The translations under genes were made by a program, and so were the position numbers. DNA of 64,000 nt, taken from assembly GCA_951406725.2 (NCBI GenBank), contig OX597832.1, positions 15,748,001-15,812,000 on the forward strand, written 5' to 3'. This stretch comes from Octopus vulgaris. Its lineage: Eukaryota. Of this stretch, positions 46,335-58,472 are shown one piece after another. Numbering within the stretch: the first letter of the stretch is position 1; the number at the start of each line of letters is the position of its first letter. Under the pieces are notes generated by a model. It ran no database searches, was not told where the DNA came from, and was given only the letters and a program-made list of their open reading frames with translations.

Positions 46335-46873
46335 TTGAGTGAGAGAGCAGTTTATGCCATCAAAGTGACACTGGGGTAAAATATGCGAAGCCCAAAATAC
46401 CCATCATGACTACCCGTCTGATAAGGGTACACCAGACACATGCATCACAACAATATGTGCGCGATATGGTGATGTCATATCAAGATAAACAGCACATGAC
46501 CTTGCAGGTGGGTCCCAGTTAGAATTTTCTTCTGGTCGAGTAACCCATCCCACACAAAAGGTCCCTGAATGAGGGTTGTTTAAGGATGTTGAAAGAACCA
46601 CCCATGTTTCCAGAGGTGAATTATTCAAACCCCAAAGAAACCCTCTCAACACATGGCTATGATGTTCCTCCACTACTTCCGCTCGTGATCCGAGATGCAC
46701 ATATCGCCAGCCACTAAGGGACATGCTCAACTGGTTAAGGTCAAACTACTGACAAACAAATCTGTGGTATTGAGCAGAATATTTGCTGTAGCCCATCTTT
46801 TATACCAACACAAAACAATGTACATGAAAACACTTCCAATCAGTTAAGATCAGAAGCCATGACAGCCACTGCT
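46335..46873. repeat. Non-coding interspersed repeat inserted in a (TTA)n tract
   Basis: GC-richer ~540-bp block bounded by TTATTATT on the left and a long (TTA)n on the right. No convincing ORF; family not assigned. Confidence 0.5.
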
Positions 46874-46899
46874 TATTATTATTATTATTATTATTATTA

Positions 46900-46973
<74 letters not shown>

Positions 46974-47349
46974 GTAGTTGTTTAAATGTTTTATAATACT
47001 CAGAACGCTAGGTCTTGTTTGTTCGTTTTGATTCCGTGAGAGTGGATAGCATCATTTTGTCAGATGTCAAACATTGACTCCTTCTGCACTTTATAAGCAT
47101 TCATACTTCGTTGTTAATTAACCGAGGGGCCATTCAACAATAAAACAATGCTGTGTCTCTTCAAGTGACACAGGGCAGTACAGAAGTAATTTGAAGAACG
47201 CACTTAATGAAAGAAGACAACAACATAATCCAATCTCCACATCCAAGGTATCGCCAGCTGAGCGGTTTTTTCAGCTTGCTATGATCCGTGATAAAACTAT
47301 TTCTCTGCCATATTATTACTGTTCTGAGTGTCCCCTATAACTACTGGGA

Positions 47350-47535
47350 AGACGGACATTCTTCTAATTCTTGCAATATTGTATTTTAGTAGTCTGTACT
47401 TTTCAACCTTTTCTAGCTCCTTATTATTTATCTGTGCAACCTCTAGTTTTGCAGTATGCATAATTTCCATTTCTTTGAGGGTGTCACATTGAATTATAAT
47501 GTGCCACTGTATCTTACATTCCTTGTCCTCGGGTA
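47350..47535 (-). mobile_element. Possible R4/Dong-type (RLE) non-LTR fossil
   Basis: Minus peptides EDKECKIQWHIIIQCD (like KILWDF.IQCD) and KELEKVEKY; lies near (TAA)n, the known Dong target. Confidence 0.4.
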
Positions 47536-47575
47536 CTCTTTCTGTTTAATGTCACTATTATTTCCGTGTGTATTG

Positions 47576-47621
<46 letters not shown>

Positions 47622-48339
47622 GAATACATACTTACATATATGCAAACAAGATCACATGTGATTCTGTCTAAAGTTCGATAAATATTCATAAATCAATAAA
47701 ATTCGCAACACTCATTCTCCCTATATTTTGTTTGAAATATTAAATACCTTTGAATGTATTACAGTTTTAACCGATTTTTCCCCATATCATATATGACGTA
47801 ATAGAAATTTCTTAGCTAATGCGATTATGCTTCCTCCTTCAGCGTAATTTACATATTAAATTTGCTCCGTGTATATTAGTAAATTATCGACAGAATATAT
47901 AAAAACAAAGCCGGAATGTTTGCAGAAAATAATTTACACACGGAGTTAATGTAGAATATTCCTTAATTTGTAAAATCAATTATTTTAACTTTATTATCCA
48001 GAGAAGAATTATAATTCTTAATGTCCACAGAAAACTCATATATAATTTTATGGTCTTATATCTGTAAATGCATAAATGCAGCCCAACATGGCATTACTTA
48101 CAATTGTTTGAAATGTATTTACACCAGGACGTTATATTCTATATCAGTGTTTTCATCCTACTTTCTCTACTGAAATATGTAACAGGCTAATGTACGTTAT
48201 GTCACTACTTAATAGTTTTTCGGAGGGCCAAATGCAGCATATACGAGCGGTGTTTCTGAAGGGCATCTGACACACGTTAAAAGCACTGGAATAAACGAAA
48301 CTTACTCGTTCTCTACCTAACCACCACCAATGGTGACAC

Positions 48340-49240
48340 ACTTCTTGCATCGATTCATGCATCTGTGAAGACCACGTCTGTAGAAATATGTAGGTTGCGT
48401 CCGGAGCTAAGAAATTACTACGGATGTAAGTTCAACATCATCCGAAAATAGCTTCCCGTTCTAAAAATACTTTGTGTTTGGAAAGAGAATGAAGTTAGAT
48501 GGTACGGGGTCAGGAGAGTAAGGGTTATGAGACAGGATTTCATTACTGCAGGAGTGTGCTTTCATCTGTGCAACATGTGCATTGTGAACTGGGGTGTTGT
48601 CTTCGAGGAGGCGAACTACTTTGGTCAGCATGCAACACATCCCATCATTGATGGCGTCTCGGAACTTCATTAGCAGAGAAGTATAATATGTCCCATTAAT
48701 TTTCGTTCCCCTTACCAGAAAATCCATCATATCTACTCCGCACTGGGACCAAAAACACTGTGAGAATTACTTTGCTTACTGGGAGTTGGATAAAAGCATT
48801 CTATGGAGGTGGTAAGTTATCAGGCTTCCATTGGTTCGAATGGACTTTAATCTCAGGAACATTGTGATGAATCCATATTTTATTCTGTATAATAAGTCTG
48901 CCGAAACATTCCTCCTCGTTCCCTTGGAATATTGCCAAGTTAGCCTGAGGCCAATTGACAAGCCCCTCCTTCTGAATAGGTGTGAGCATGGAGGGAATCC
49001 ACCATGTAGACAATTTCCCTATGTGCAAATAGTAGTTAATGCTTTTCTTCCACGGACCCTACGCTTACTAGCACCGCTTGGGCTAGTTTCCGAATAGTTT
49101 TGTGGTCATCCCCCAAAATGGCGACTTCCATCTTATGGATGAAGTCGTCATCAATGGCGGAATGAGGTCGACTAGGAATAAACATTTCCACTGATGTCCA
49201 AACGCATGTGAACTGACGATACCATCTCATCGTAAGTCTC
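48340..49240 (-). mobile_element. Decayed mariner transposase
   Basis: Frameshifted peptides RWYRQF..SRPHSA, KLSTWWIPSMLT, KIWIHH, INGTYY, LLEDNTPVH and HNPYSPDPVPSNFILFP. Confidence 0.9.
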
Positions 49241-51264
49241 TTTTGGTGTACGACATTTCAAGTATAAGAAACTGCCGTTTAACTGATTCCATTATAACAT
49301 AACCCTTTATTCCAATTCAGCAGCCGTAAAGGACAACCGAATAATAGTGGAAAGCTGCAATTTACAAAGTGACTTGTAGAGACATGTATAATTATTCCTA
49401 TACAAGGTCTGTTTCTTTTGATAATCAGAAGTGTATCTTGCGAAATGTTTAATGAAACCTCTCCTATATGGCAATTTTAAAAGTATTCTAGATTTATGTT
49501 GAAAACGAGGCACATCTTGCTGTGAAAAGAGATCTCACACAAATGACTGAAACACAGTGCAGTCTGACATAGGAACTCTTTGTCTAGATAGGGAGCGTTT
49601 TGCAGTTTTCAAATAAAACTATTGAATTTTAATGGCAACTGTTGGCTTACGAGATTTCAAACAAGGTGTACCTACTAAATTTTACTCCCAACGTAAGTTT
49701 AAGAAGATTGGAGAAATACGAGTTGACCATGATTGTTCCGAGAAGCATCCTCTTGCAAACCGATATCAATTTAGATACTAAATTCGAGATTTAAATTCAA
49801 CATCTGCTTTACTATACTTGCTATTTAATTTGAGACAATAATCAAAGGCATTTATACGCTATTTTTTTTTAAGTTGCGTATATTATCATATAATGTCAAT
49901 GACTTTTGGTCGTTAATTTATATTAACGGATCTGATATTATATTTCGATAACGCAATATATCAGTTATATGTCATTGAACCCCTCAAAGCATCAAAGTAG
50001 TAGTAGCTGATATATTCATTTCAATCTCGATCAATTTTACGTTTATTTCTATGTTCGACATCAGAATACGAAAATTTGCAGTCGTAACTATTCTGGTTCT
50101 TTCAGAAGCAGATATCTGTTAATGATGAAAGTTATTCAGTATAACGAAACTGCATATAAAAAGTTCATATGAAGGATTAATAAATAATGGACTGCAAATC
50201 ACCTTGTGTCTTCAAAGTAACTCGGCAAGGGTTTCAATAAGGGATTACACATGTAACCTAATGAAGTCTCCTAATTTATCATGGATTCATTACGACGCTC
50301 CACTGCTTGCAATCCGACTTCATATGTTGCATCTTCATTTGCTGCTCTTTGATCAAATACTGGCGAGAAAACCGTCATCAGTGTTTCGAGTTATGATAAT
50401 ATACCTCAACTACCGATATATTTTAAGCTTTAACTGCTGTTGGAATCATTGTTTGAGTAGGTAAAACCTGCTACAAACTTTGCGTTTCATCTCGGATGAC
50501 GTGTTGGGGCACTCGTGAGATCAAACACTCGACAAGGAATCGTGGTTGTATTCACTGGGCAATACATTGGCAAATTATCATTACGTGTTTCTACATCGAT
50601 GTGTCATGAGTAGAACTGCAAACACCGTTATAGATTTCTTGTGTACAATCCAATATCGGGATATGGATTGGGAAAAGAGTAAGATTCTCGTAATGTTTAT
50701 GAAGATGAAATGAGTAATAGCCTACTTTATGCAAACTTTGGGTTATCATTGTTTGCTTGTATGACTTGGAATAAAAAAAGTCAAAATGGTTTTATAAATA
50801 GGTGGCTTTTTGAACAATCGCCTCAGGATTTGGGCAAACTTAAGTGTATTATCGCCAGAAAAATGCACAGCACCAAATCATAAGCGTATACAAAGATACT
50901 GACACACAGTCCTAAGCAGAAATTGAATACGTCCTGGCTTTACTTTCTGTTGATGTTGCAAATGATTCGATCACTAGTGTTTAGTATTTTAAATTCAGAG
51001 ATATTATCTATGTGATATTCGAAAGTAGTAAGACTAAAAATGATTGCGTACAAGCAGTTGAGTAACTGCGAACACAGTTGCAGCTTGTATAAATAGCACA
51101 AAGTACATGGTATACGATCAATAAAGTTTATTAACAAACATATGTCACACAGATTCGTCCCATATTGAATGCAACATATTGAATAGATGACGGCCACAGT
51201 AAACTCGAATATATTCAGCAAGCATATTTGCAAATAATGTGATTATTGACGTTCGTGCTACTGT

Positions 51265-51535
51265 TATATTGATCGTAAGATCATGAGTTCAATTCCTGGC
51301 AACGAGATGTGTCCTTAATCAAGACACTTTATTTCACGTTGCTCCAGTCCACGCAGCTGTATGTCAGAGGGCCAGCCTTGTCACACTTCGTGTCACGCTA
51401 AATCTCCCTGAGATCTATATTAAATATGTATGTGTCTGTGGAGTGCGCAGCTACTTGCACGTTAATTTCACGAGCAAGCTGTTCCGTTGATTTACGAGCT
51501 GGGAGCCCCGTCGCCGTGACCGAAGGAGTGCTCCT
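51265..51535 (+). mobile_element. tRNA-derived SINE (family C-like head, distinct tail)
   Basis: GAGTTCAATTCC B-box, TGTGTCCTT..CAAGACACTTTATTTCACGTTGCTCCAGTCCAC, tail CACGTTAATTTCACGAGCA. Confidence 0.75.
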
Positions 51536-52217
51536 TTATATTGACCACTAACTCACAACGAACCTATATCTTTACGCATAACTTTTTAAATACCTCAACA
51601 ATCTCCATTTCTCATGGAATTACTGACTTTCGGTTTTTCAAATGTAGTCCCATTCCTTTTCTCATTATCTCAAATTCCAATAACTCTACAAATATTATCA
51701 CCAAACATTGCCACAATTACACGGACCCAACACAACTGACAACTGATGAACTACTTCTACCAAATTTTCGATGACTTTCCGAGCCACAAGAAACAGTTGT
51801 TGGACTTAAAATGCCTTTAGTTCAACACTTTAATTTTATCAGTGTACTCTGTGTAAGTTGGATCTATTAGTATAAATATATCTATGTATTCATACCTTAA
51901 TAGTCATCGCCTGAAAATCTCGACGTTTCGATTTCTCCCATTTTGCAAGTATACGTATATATATATATATTTCTTTCGTAACCAAACTGTTATATTTAAT
52001 ATATCTTAATTGTTTATCCGTATAATTGCCTTTGTATCAGTTCAACTTGATCCTTCTTAGAGCCACCCTTTACTCTGTTAAACTAAAGCACTCTAAAGAT
52101 ATGGGAGTCTAAGATTCAATCTTTTCAACATTACTGTCTTCTATACTGAAAATCTCATGATCATAACACTATACTTGTTCTACGTCATCCCGATGTTGTG
52201 TATTCTCTTTGTGTTTA

Positions 52218-52280
<63 letters not shown>

Positions 52281-52281
<1 letters not shown>

Positions 52282-52533
52282 AACCACGTTTCCCCTCCTA
52301 CAATCAAACTACGTAGACAGAACCAGGAAAAAACACCAAATAACGCCAACTTGAAATATGTATCCTCTGACCAAGTGGCAAACCAAACAAGTAACTCTTT
52401 TTTACTGACATACCTGGAAAATATGAAGGCCGACCTAAGCCAGGAGATCCAGCGAGCCATCACCAACCATCTATGCAAATCACAAGGACCACTCACCCAT
52501 TACCAACTTCCCTTACGTCGACATTCCTGTTAA
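52281..52533 (+). pseudogene. Probable LINE ORF1 C-terminal remnant
   Basis: Open frame from the element's 5' junction with a coiled-coil-like stretch (LENMKADLSQEIQRAI), overlapping the ORF2 start in another frame. Confidence 0.55.
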
Positions 52534-55454
52534 ATGTACGTGGCATCAACCCATCAATTATTGCCCAAAAATGTAAGATCCCATATATAGAGAGTTGGCT
52601 TGCCGAAATGGCACATTGCTTCCCTTTCTTTTTCCTTACCGAGACTCACCTGAACAACACCCATATGGACGCAGAGGTGAAAATAAAAGATTTCACCATT
52701 GTTCGTGCGGATCGCACAGACCGAAATAAGGGAGGGACAGCCATCTTTATCCATGACTCCTTTTCACTTGATGCCAAGGACACATTTTCCAATGGCTACT
52801 GTGAATCGGTATCAGTATACAACAAAGCCAAGGACATAACCATTGTTGGTCTTTACAGGCCTCCCCAGGCACCTCTAAAGTACTTTGAAGAGTGCCTTAG
52901 CAAAGTCAAGTCCTTCCTTCGGAAGTACCACTCCGGAAACATAATAGTGATGGGTGATTTTAACCTCCCTCATGTGAACTGGCCCACAAATACTCCGAAG
53001 TTAGGCAAGTGCTCTACATCAGATAGGGCAGCAGCAGAACTGCTCTTTAATCTGATGGATGAGTATTTCCTGACTCAGCTAGTGCTTGAACCAACGAGAC
53101 AGAATAAAACGATCTTGGATCTGGTACTGACCAATCACTCTAGCTACGTTCACAGCATTTCAGTCGAAAAAACTCTCCTCTCAGACCACGACATGGTACT
53201 CTGCAATCTTAATTCCCGACGTATAAAAACCAAACCAGCCAATCCCACTCCATGGCACCCATTTGACAACATAAATTTCCACAAAGCGGACTGGGGAACA
53301 ATCAGAAAGGATCTGTCTTCCATCGACTGGTCTTTTACTCTCAATTCCCCTCATATTGAGACCGCGTGGCAGCACTTTGAAACCATTGTCACCGACACAT
53401 GCTCTAAACACGCTCCCAAGAAATCTACTAACACAAACAGAAACCGGCTCCCTAAAAAGAAAAAAACACTCATCAGGCGCATCAAAAGACTCAACAAAAA
53501 AATCAACCAATTAAAATATTCCCACACGCAACATCCACATTCAACAACAATGAAAAGACTAGAGCTGGAAAAACTTCATCTGCAGACTAACATGAAAACC
53601 TCCATTGAAAATCAAAGAGCTGTGGAGGAACAATGGGTAATCAAAAACATCAAACAGAACCCAAAAGTGTTCTATTCTTATGCAAATAAGCATAGAACCA
53701 CTGTCTCACCTATTGGGCCATTGATTGATGAAAACGGCATTCCCCAACACGATGCTAAAGAAATGGCAGAAATACTGCAGAAACAATATTGCTCTGTCTT
53801 CAGTGTTCCCACTGATATTGATGTGAGGGAGACGAACGAAGCTGACTCCCAACACAAAATCGCAGACATAACCTTCACTGCCACCGACATCGTAGCAGCA
53901 ATAAATGAGGTCAAACATTACTCCGCTGTAGGCCCTGATAGATTTCCCGCCAGTCTCCTGAAGGAATGTAGATATCAACTTGCAGTCCCTCTGACCAACC
54001 TCTGGAGAAACTCGTTAGACGCAGGTTATATACCGAATAAGTTTCTATCCCAGTCGGTCATCCCGGTTTTCAAACAGGGAAACAGATCCCTCGCAGTCAA
54101 CTATCGCCCAATCTCACTCACCTCCCACATCATTAAAGTGTTTGAAAGAGTGTTAAGATCAAGGATAGCTGACTTCCTGGAGACCCACAAACTCCTAAAT
54201 TCAAATCAACATGGCTTTCGCTGTGGCAGGGACTGTCTAACACAGCTCTTACACCACATTGAAGATGTACTCAAAGCCTTGGGAACAGGTTCGAACTCTG
54301 ACGTCATATACCTTGACTTCAGTAAAGCGTTCGACAGGGTAGACCATAACATCCTACTCTCAAAATTGGCAAATGTTGGAATCCGTGGGAAAGTTCTACA
54401 CTGGATTCAGTATTTCCTAGCGAATAGAACACAACATGTTGTAGTTGATGGAGTCCACTCAAACCCAGCAAAAGTCACCAGCGGTGTTCCCCAGGGAACT
54501 GTTTTGGGTCCGCTACTCTTCATAATTTATGTAAACGACCTTTCCAGTGTCGTACATCACTGCAAAGTGAAAATATTCGCTGATGACACTAAGCTCCAGC
54601 AAATCGTCAATGAAGAAGCAGACCGAACTCAACTCCAGTCTGACCTATATGCTGTGAGTCAATGGGCAGACAGAAACAAAATGCAACTGAATGAGGGAAA
54701 ATTTGAGTTGATGCATTTTGGAAGAAATTCCTCACTAAAACAACCATACTCTCTTCCTTCAGGGGAACCGCTCACAGCCTCTAACAATATCAGAGACCTG
54801 GGTGTAATTGTTGATGACGATCTCAGTTGGAGTGCACACATCAACAAGAAGGTCGATACAGCTCGTAGGATGAGTTCCTGGATCTTAAGAACTTTCCGGT
54901 CCAGAGAACAAGGTGTCATCATACCACTTTTTTCATCCTTTGTACGGCCACACCTTGAATACTGCTGCCCACTGTGGTCTCCTCACACAAGACAAAACAT
55001 CTCCAGAATTGAGTCACCCCAGAGGGCTCTCACTAAACAAATTGAAGGCATGGCTGCTCTCGACTATTGGGATCGCCTTAAAGCCTTGAAACTTTACCTC
55101 CTCCAGCGTCGCCGTGAGCGGTACATCATTTGTACGATGTGGAAAATATACCGCCAACTTTGCCCAAACGACCTAAATATTAGCTTCAAGGTTCATCCGA
55201 GACTTGGACCACGGGCTATACGTCCCCTGCCAAATTCAAGATCACAACATACATGTACACTGCAACATAATTTCTTTTCCTCAACAGGCCCTGCCCTATT
55301 TAACATTGTCCCGAGGGAGATCAAAGAGGAAAAGGATCCCATCAACTTCAAACAGAGTCTGGATGGATTCCTTCAAAGAATACCAGACAAGCCACCCATA
55401 ATTGGATACAACTCACCCAACAGGAACTCACTACTTGAACAAAACTTGACTTAA
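52473..55454 (+). CDS. LINE ORF2: APE endonuclease plus reverse transcriptase (993 aa)
   Basis: APE motifs LNVRG, LTETHL, GLYRPP, GDFN, ILDLV, SDH; RT motifs NYRPISLTS, QHGFR, YLDFSKAFD, GVPQGTVLGP, FADD, RDLGV. No stops. Confidence 0.97.
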   Translation: MQITRTTHPLPTSLTSTFLLNVRGINPSIIAQKCKIPYIESWLAEMAHCFPFFFLTETHLNNTHMDAEVKIKDFTIVRADRTDRNKGGTAIFIHDSFSLDAKDTFSNGYCESVSVYNKAKDITIVGLYRPPQAPLKYFEECLSKVKSFLRKYHSGNIIVMGDFNLPHVNWPTNTPKLGKCSTSDRAAAELLFNLMDEYFLTQLVLEPTRQNKTILDLVLTNHSSYVHSISVEKTLLSDHDMVLCNLNSRRIKTKPANPTPWHPFDNINFHKADWGTIRKDLSSIDWSFTLNSPHIETAWQHFETIVTDTCSKHAPKKSTNTNRNRLPKKKKTLIRRIKRLNKKINQLKYSHTQHPHSTTMKRLELEKLHLQTNMKTSIENQRAVEEQWVIKNIKQNPKVFYSYANKHRTTVSPIGPLIDENGIPQHDAKEMAEILQKQYCSVFSVPTDIDVRETNEADSQHKIADITFTATDIVAAINEVKHYSAVGPDRFPASLLKECRYQLAVPLTNLWRNSLDAGYIPNKFLSQSVIPVFKQGNRSLAVNYRPISLTSHIIKVFERVLRSRIADFLETHKLLNSNQHGFRCGRDCLTQLLHHIEDVLKALGTGSNSDVIYLDFSKAFDRVDHNILLSKLANVGIRGKVLHWIQYFLANRTQHVVVDGVHSNPAKVTSGVPQGTVLGPLLFIIYVNDLSSVVHHCKVKIFADDTKLQQIVNEEADRTQLQSDLYAVSQWADRNKMQLNEGKFELMHFGRNSSLKQPYSLPSGEPLTASNNIRDLGVIVDDDLSWSAHINKKVDTARRMSSWILRTFRSREQGVIIPLFSSFVRPHLEYCCPLWSPHTRQNISRIESPQRALTKQIEGMAALDYWDRLKALKLYLLQRRRERYIICTMWKIYRQLCPNDLNISFKVHPRLGPRAIRPLPNSRSQHTCTLQHNFFSSTGPALFNIVPREIKEEKDPINFKQSLDGFLQRIPDKPPIIGYNSPNRNSLLEQNLT

Positions 55455-55549
55455 ACAGGATTCGAATAATCCTATCAGGTGGTGCTATTAAGTTAGACAT
55501 GGCCTGGACCAATCTCTGGTCGAAACATATCTAAGTTTTATCTAAGTTT

Positions 55550-55582
<33 letters not shown>

Positions 55583-56039
55583 GAAGAGAGAGAAAGAGAT
55601 GAAGGAGGGAGGGAAAAAGGGTCTATAAAACGGATACGTTATCCTGGCTGATACAGTATAATATCTCAAATTAGTTTAGAAACCAGCAACCCACAACAGT
55701 CCTTCATATAGTACTCAAACTTCGAAAGATCTATTGTGCTGATAAATTAAACTCGTTAAGTAATTCAATTCGTAATTGAAAATATTTTGTAGAGTATTTA
55801 ATTACGTTCATAACGAAGACTTGAAGGGAACTTTTGGCCACAACCGAAGATTTTCTTTATTTAAATGTTTTCTACAGCATATATATCTGACATATATATG
55901 TTTCGCCTGCGACAACTGCACAATGCTTTGTATAAAATTATGCATTCTAGCGGTCCCTACGCAAATAAATGACAGATGTACCTGCAAACAAACACATGCC
56001 GAAATAAAAAAAATAAACGCGTAAATATGTTAAACACTT

Positions 56040-56990
56040 TTACAATAATCGTAGGTAGAAATAAATGTACATAACCCTATAACATTGATAGCTCTAGCAA
56101 TATCGAATAGCACATAATACCATTCGGGAAACAAATAATTCCCAATATACCTAAATTGTTTTATTCTGATTTAGCTAAACATTTTCCAAAAGCAGTAAAT
56201 AATACAAAATATGTAATAAACATAACGTTAGAGTAGCCTTTTCTAACAATAAAAATCTAGCACAAGTTATAGCTGCACACAGCGCTAGTGTCCATATAAA
56301 TAATAGCAATAATAGTAACCAGAATTATAACTATAGATTAATGAGTGACCGAAATAGACATCAGGATTGGAACTATGGTTTTACAACCAATAAAATGGAA
56401 ACTTACCGAAAAACACGCGTATAAGCCTGGAAGTGGAAGTGTGTGAATCCTAGAATAGGTAGTGCCCACAATGTTGTCTATGTGGGAAAGAGCAATATGT
56501 TGGATGTTAAACGGCAGAATGTAGAAATAACCGTTTGTGAAACTGAAGCGGACGCTCTTAATGGAAGTAGTAGAACTATCGAATGTGATTGTACAAGGAA
56601 CATGGTTTGCCCGCTTAAATATAATTGTATGTATAAAAAGATGGCATGCATATATAAGTTTATCGGAGAGACTAGAGAGTATTCTTACATTGGAGCTAGC
56701 GGACGTTAATGAAGTGTCAATCATTTAACTTGTACATATACAAATAGAATGAATACGGGGATCCTTAGTAAAGGAATTTGATTAAAAAAGATAGTAACAT
56801 AGTATAATCGATTGTCTGGAAAGTAATTAGTGAAGTGAAACCTTATAGAATAGGAGAGAGTAGAAGATATCATTGTGTGTAAGAAATGTACCAAAGCTTC
56901 ACTTCTAAATTTTCTATTATAAACAGGAGACAGGAGCATATGTTAAGATGTCCACATTTAAGAAAAAATATACATTAACCGATTTAAAGA
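56040..56990 (+). mobile_element. Penelope-like element fossil (linker plus GIY-YIG endonuclease)
   Basis: IPFGKQIIPNIPKLF..LAKHFPK..HNVRVAFSNNKNLAQVIAAH; CDC...CPLKYNC..CIYK...YSYIG; ILSKGI*; WKVISEVKPY. Confidence 0.8.
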
Positions 56991-57067
56991 AACAGAGGTC
57001 ACTATCCATAGCAAGTATACGAGTTACGATAACGATTATTATAATAAATGATATTGATAGGGAAAAT

Positions 57068-57088
57068 AGTAGTAGTAGTAGTAGTAGC

Positions 57089-57124
<36 letters not shown>

Positions 57125-57255
57125 CATCTGTCGGTCTTGATAGGCTATGGATCTGCGCCCAAAGAAATCCTGCTAGTTGATGATGTTAGTGCATTGTCTC
57201 TTGCAGCTGCAGAAGTCCACACGGGAGTGGCAGTCACGCATATTTTTAACCTCTA
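57068..57255 (-). mobile_element. Short RTE 3' end with (CTA)n tail
   Basis: Minus peptide RDCHSRVDFCSCKRQC (like CxSRIGLxSH). 3' UTR GCGCAGATCCATAGCCT..AGACCGACAGATG resembles 12097-12131. Confidence 0.7.
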
Positions 57256-57703
57256 ATAATAATAATGATAATAGTAAACGTAGGTTTAAATAACCCAAAA
57301 TGGAAGTACCTCTGGACATATAATGAACTCCATACAGCAATATATGAAGAAAGCTATTTCAATTAATTTAAATCTCAGAAAATATTTTTTAAACCACGTT
57401 TTATGTGTAATACAAAGCGAGATGATTATAAAAGCAGCATTCTATCGAATATGAAGTGTAACAATATTTCATTCAACTAAATGCCAACGCAGAATTCATT
57501 TGTTAAAAATAATTTCGCGTTGAAAACGTCGGGGGTCAAGTAGCCTTGAGGCAATTGCAATTACTAGAATGCATAATCGCATACCAAGCAATCTGAAGTC
57601 ACTGAAGGCGAAATACAAGTAGGTGAGATGCATATGCTATAGAAAACTTGTAAATTCAGATTTTTTATGATACGAAAAAAATGATCACACTTGGTTTACA
57701 ACG

Positions 57704-57825
<122 letters not shown>

Positions 57826-57836
57826 ATGTGTGTACA

Positions 57837-57889
<53 letters not shown>

Positions 57890-58006
57890 GCGTATACATA
57901 TATATATATATATACAAATACATATATATGTGTGTCTGTGTGTGTGTATGTGTGTGTGTGTGTGTGTGTGTGTATGTATATATATGCGTGTGTGTGTGTG
58001 TGCGTG

Positions 58007-58057
<51 letters not shown>

Positions 58058-58126
58058 TACGATAACAACAACAACAACATCGTAAAATTCCTTAGGAATG
58101 TGAACCCCGGTTCGAAATTTTCCCAA

Positions 58127-58172
58127 GACACCTGATGAAGGCTGGAGGGTACACCAGCCGAAACATTGTGTT
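58127..58172 (+). ncRNA. Minimal type I hammerhead ribozyme-like motif
   Basis: Stem I GACAC/GTGTT, CTGATGA 58132-58138, stem II GGCTGG/CCAGCC, GAAAC 58160-58164, then ATT (probably decayed GTT). Confidence 0.7.
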
Positions 58173-58242
58173 AACAACAAACAAGATGATAACAAAAATC
58201 TGTCAATTGTAAGTAAAGTAAATAATATTTACTATATATATA

Positions 58243-58472
58243 TTTCTTTACTACCCACAAGGGGCTAAACATAGAGGGGACAGACGAGGATAGACAAACG
58301 GATCAAGTCGATTACATCGACTCAGTGCGTAACTGGTACTTAATTTATCGACCCCGAAAGGATAAAAGGCAAAGTCGACCTCGGCGGAATTTGAACTCAG
58401 AACGTAACGGCAGACGAAATACGGCTACGAATTTCGTCCGGTGTGCTAACGTTTCTACCAGTTCGCCGCCTT
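58243..58472 (-). mobile_element. SINE family A monomer
   Basis: Well-preserved reverse complement of the 422-660 unit. Confidence 0.9.

Larger units (their letters stand above)
52281..55550 (+). mobile_element. Young CR1-group LINE, 5'-truncated in ORF1, intact ORF2
   Basis: ORF1 remnant to 52533, ORF2 52473-55454, short 3' UTR, (ATCTAAGTTTT)2 tail. (TA)n on both flanks. Confidence 0.97.

Noticed and set aside
50200-50900. Higher-complexity stretches (also 60220-60900 and 37500-38100) as host exons
   Set aside because: No sustained reading frame, recognisable domain or convincing splice-site pair. Small exons cannot be excluded without RNA-seq.
54580-54586. CTGATGA heptamers in RT genes (also at 11124)
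   Set aside because: They encode the FADD motif and have no hammerhead stems.
53150-54922. Antisense ORFs within LINE ORF2 (also 15197-15547 and 32647-32910)
   Set aside because: Shadow frames of RT coding sequence with no independent motifs.
56948-57256. 102-aa poly-Ser ORF
   Set aside because: It is the (TAG)n tail and antisense strand of an RTE 3' fragment.
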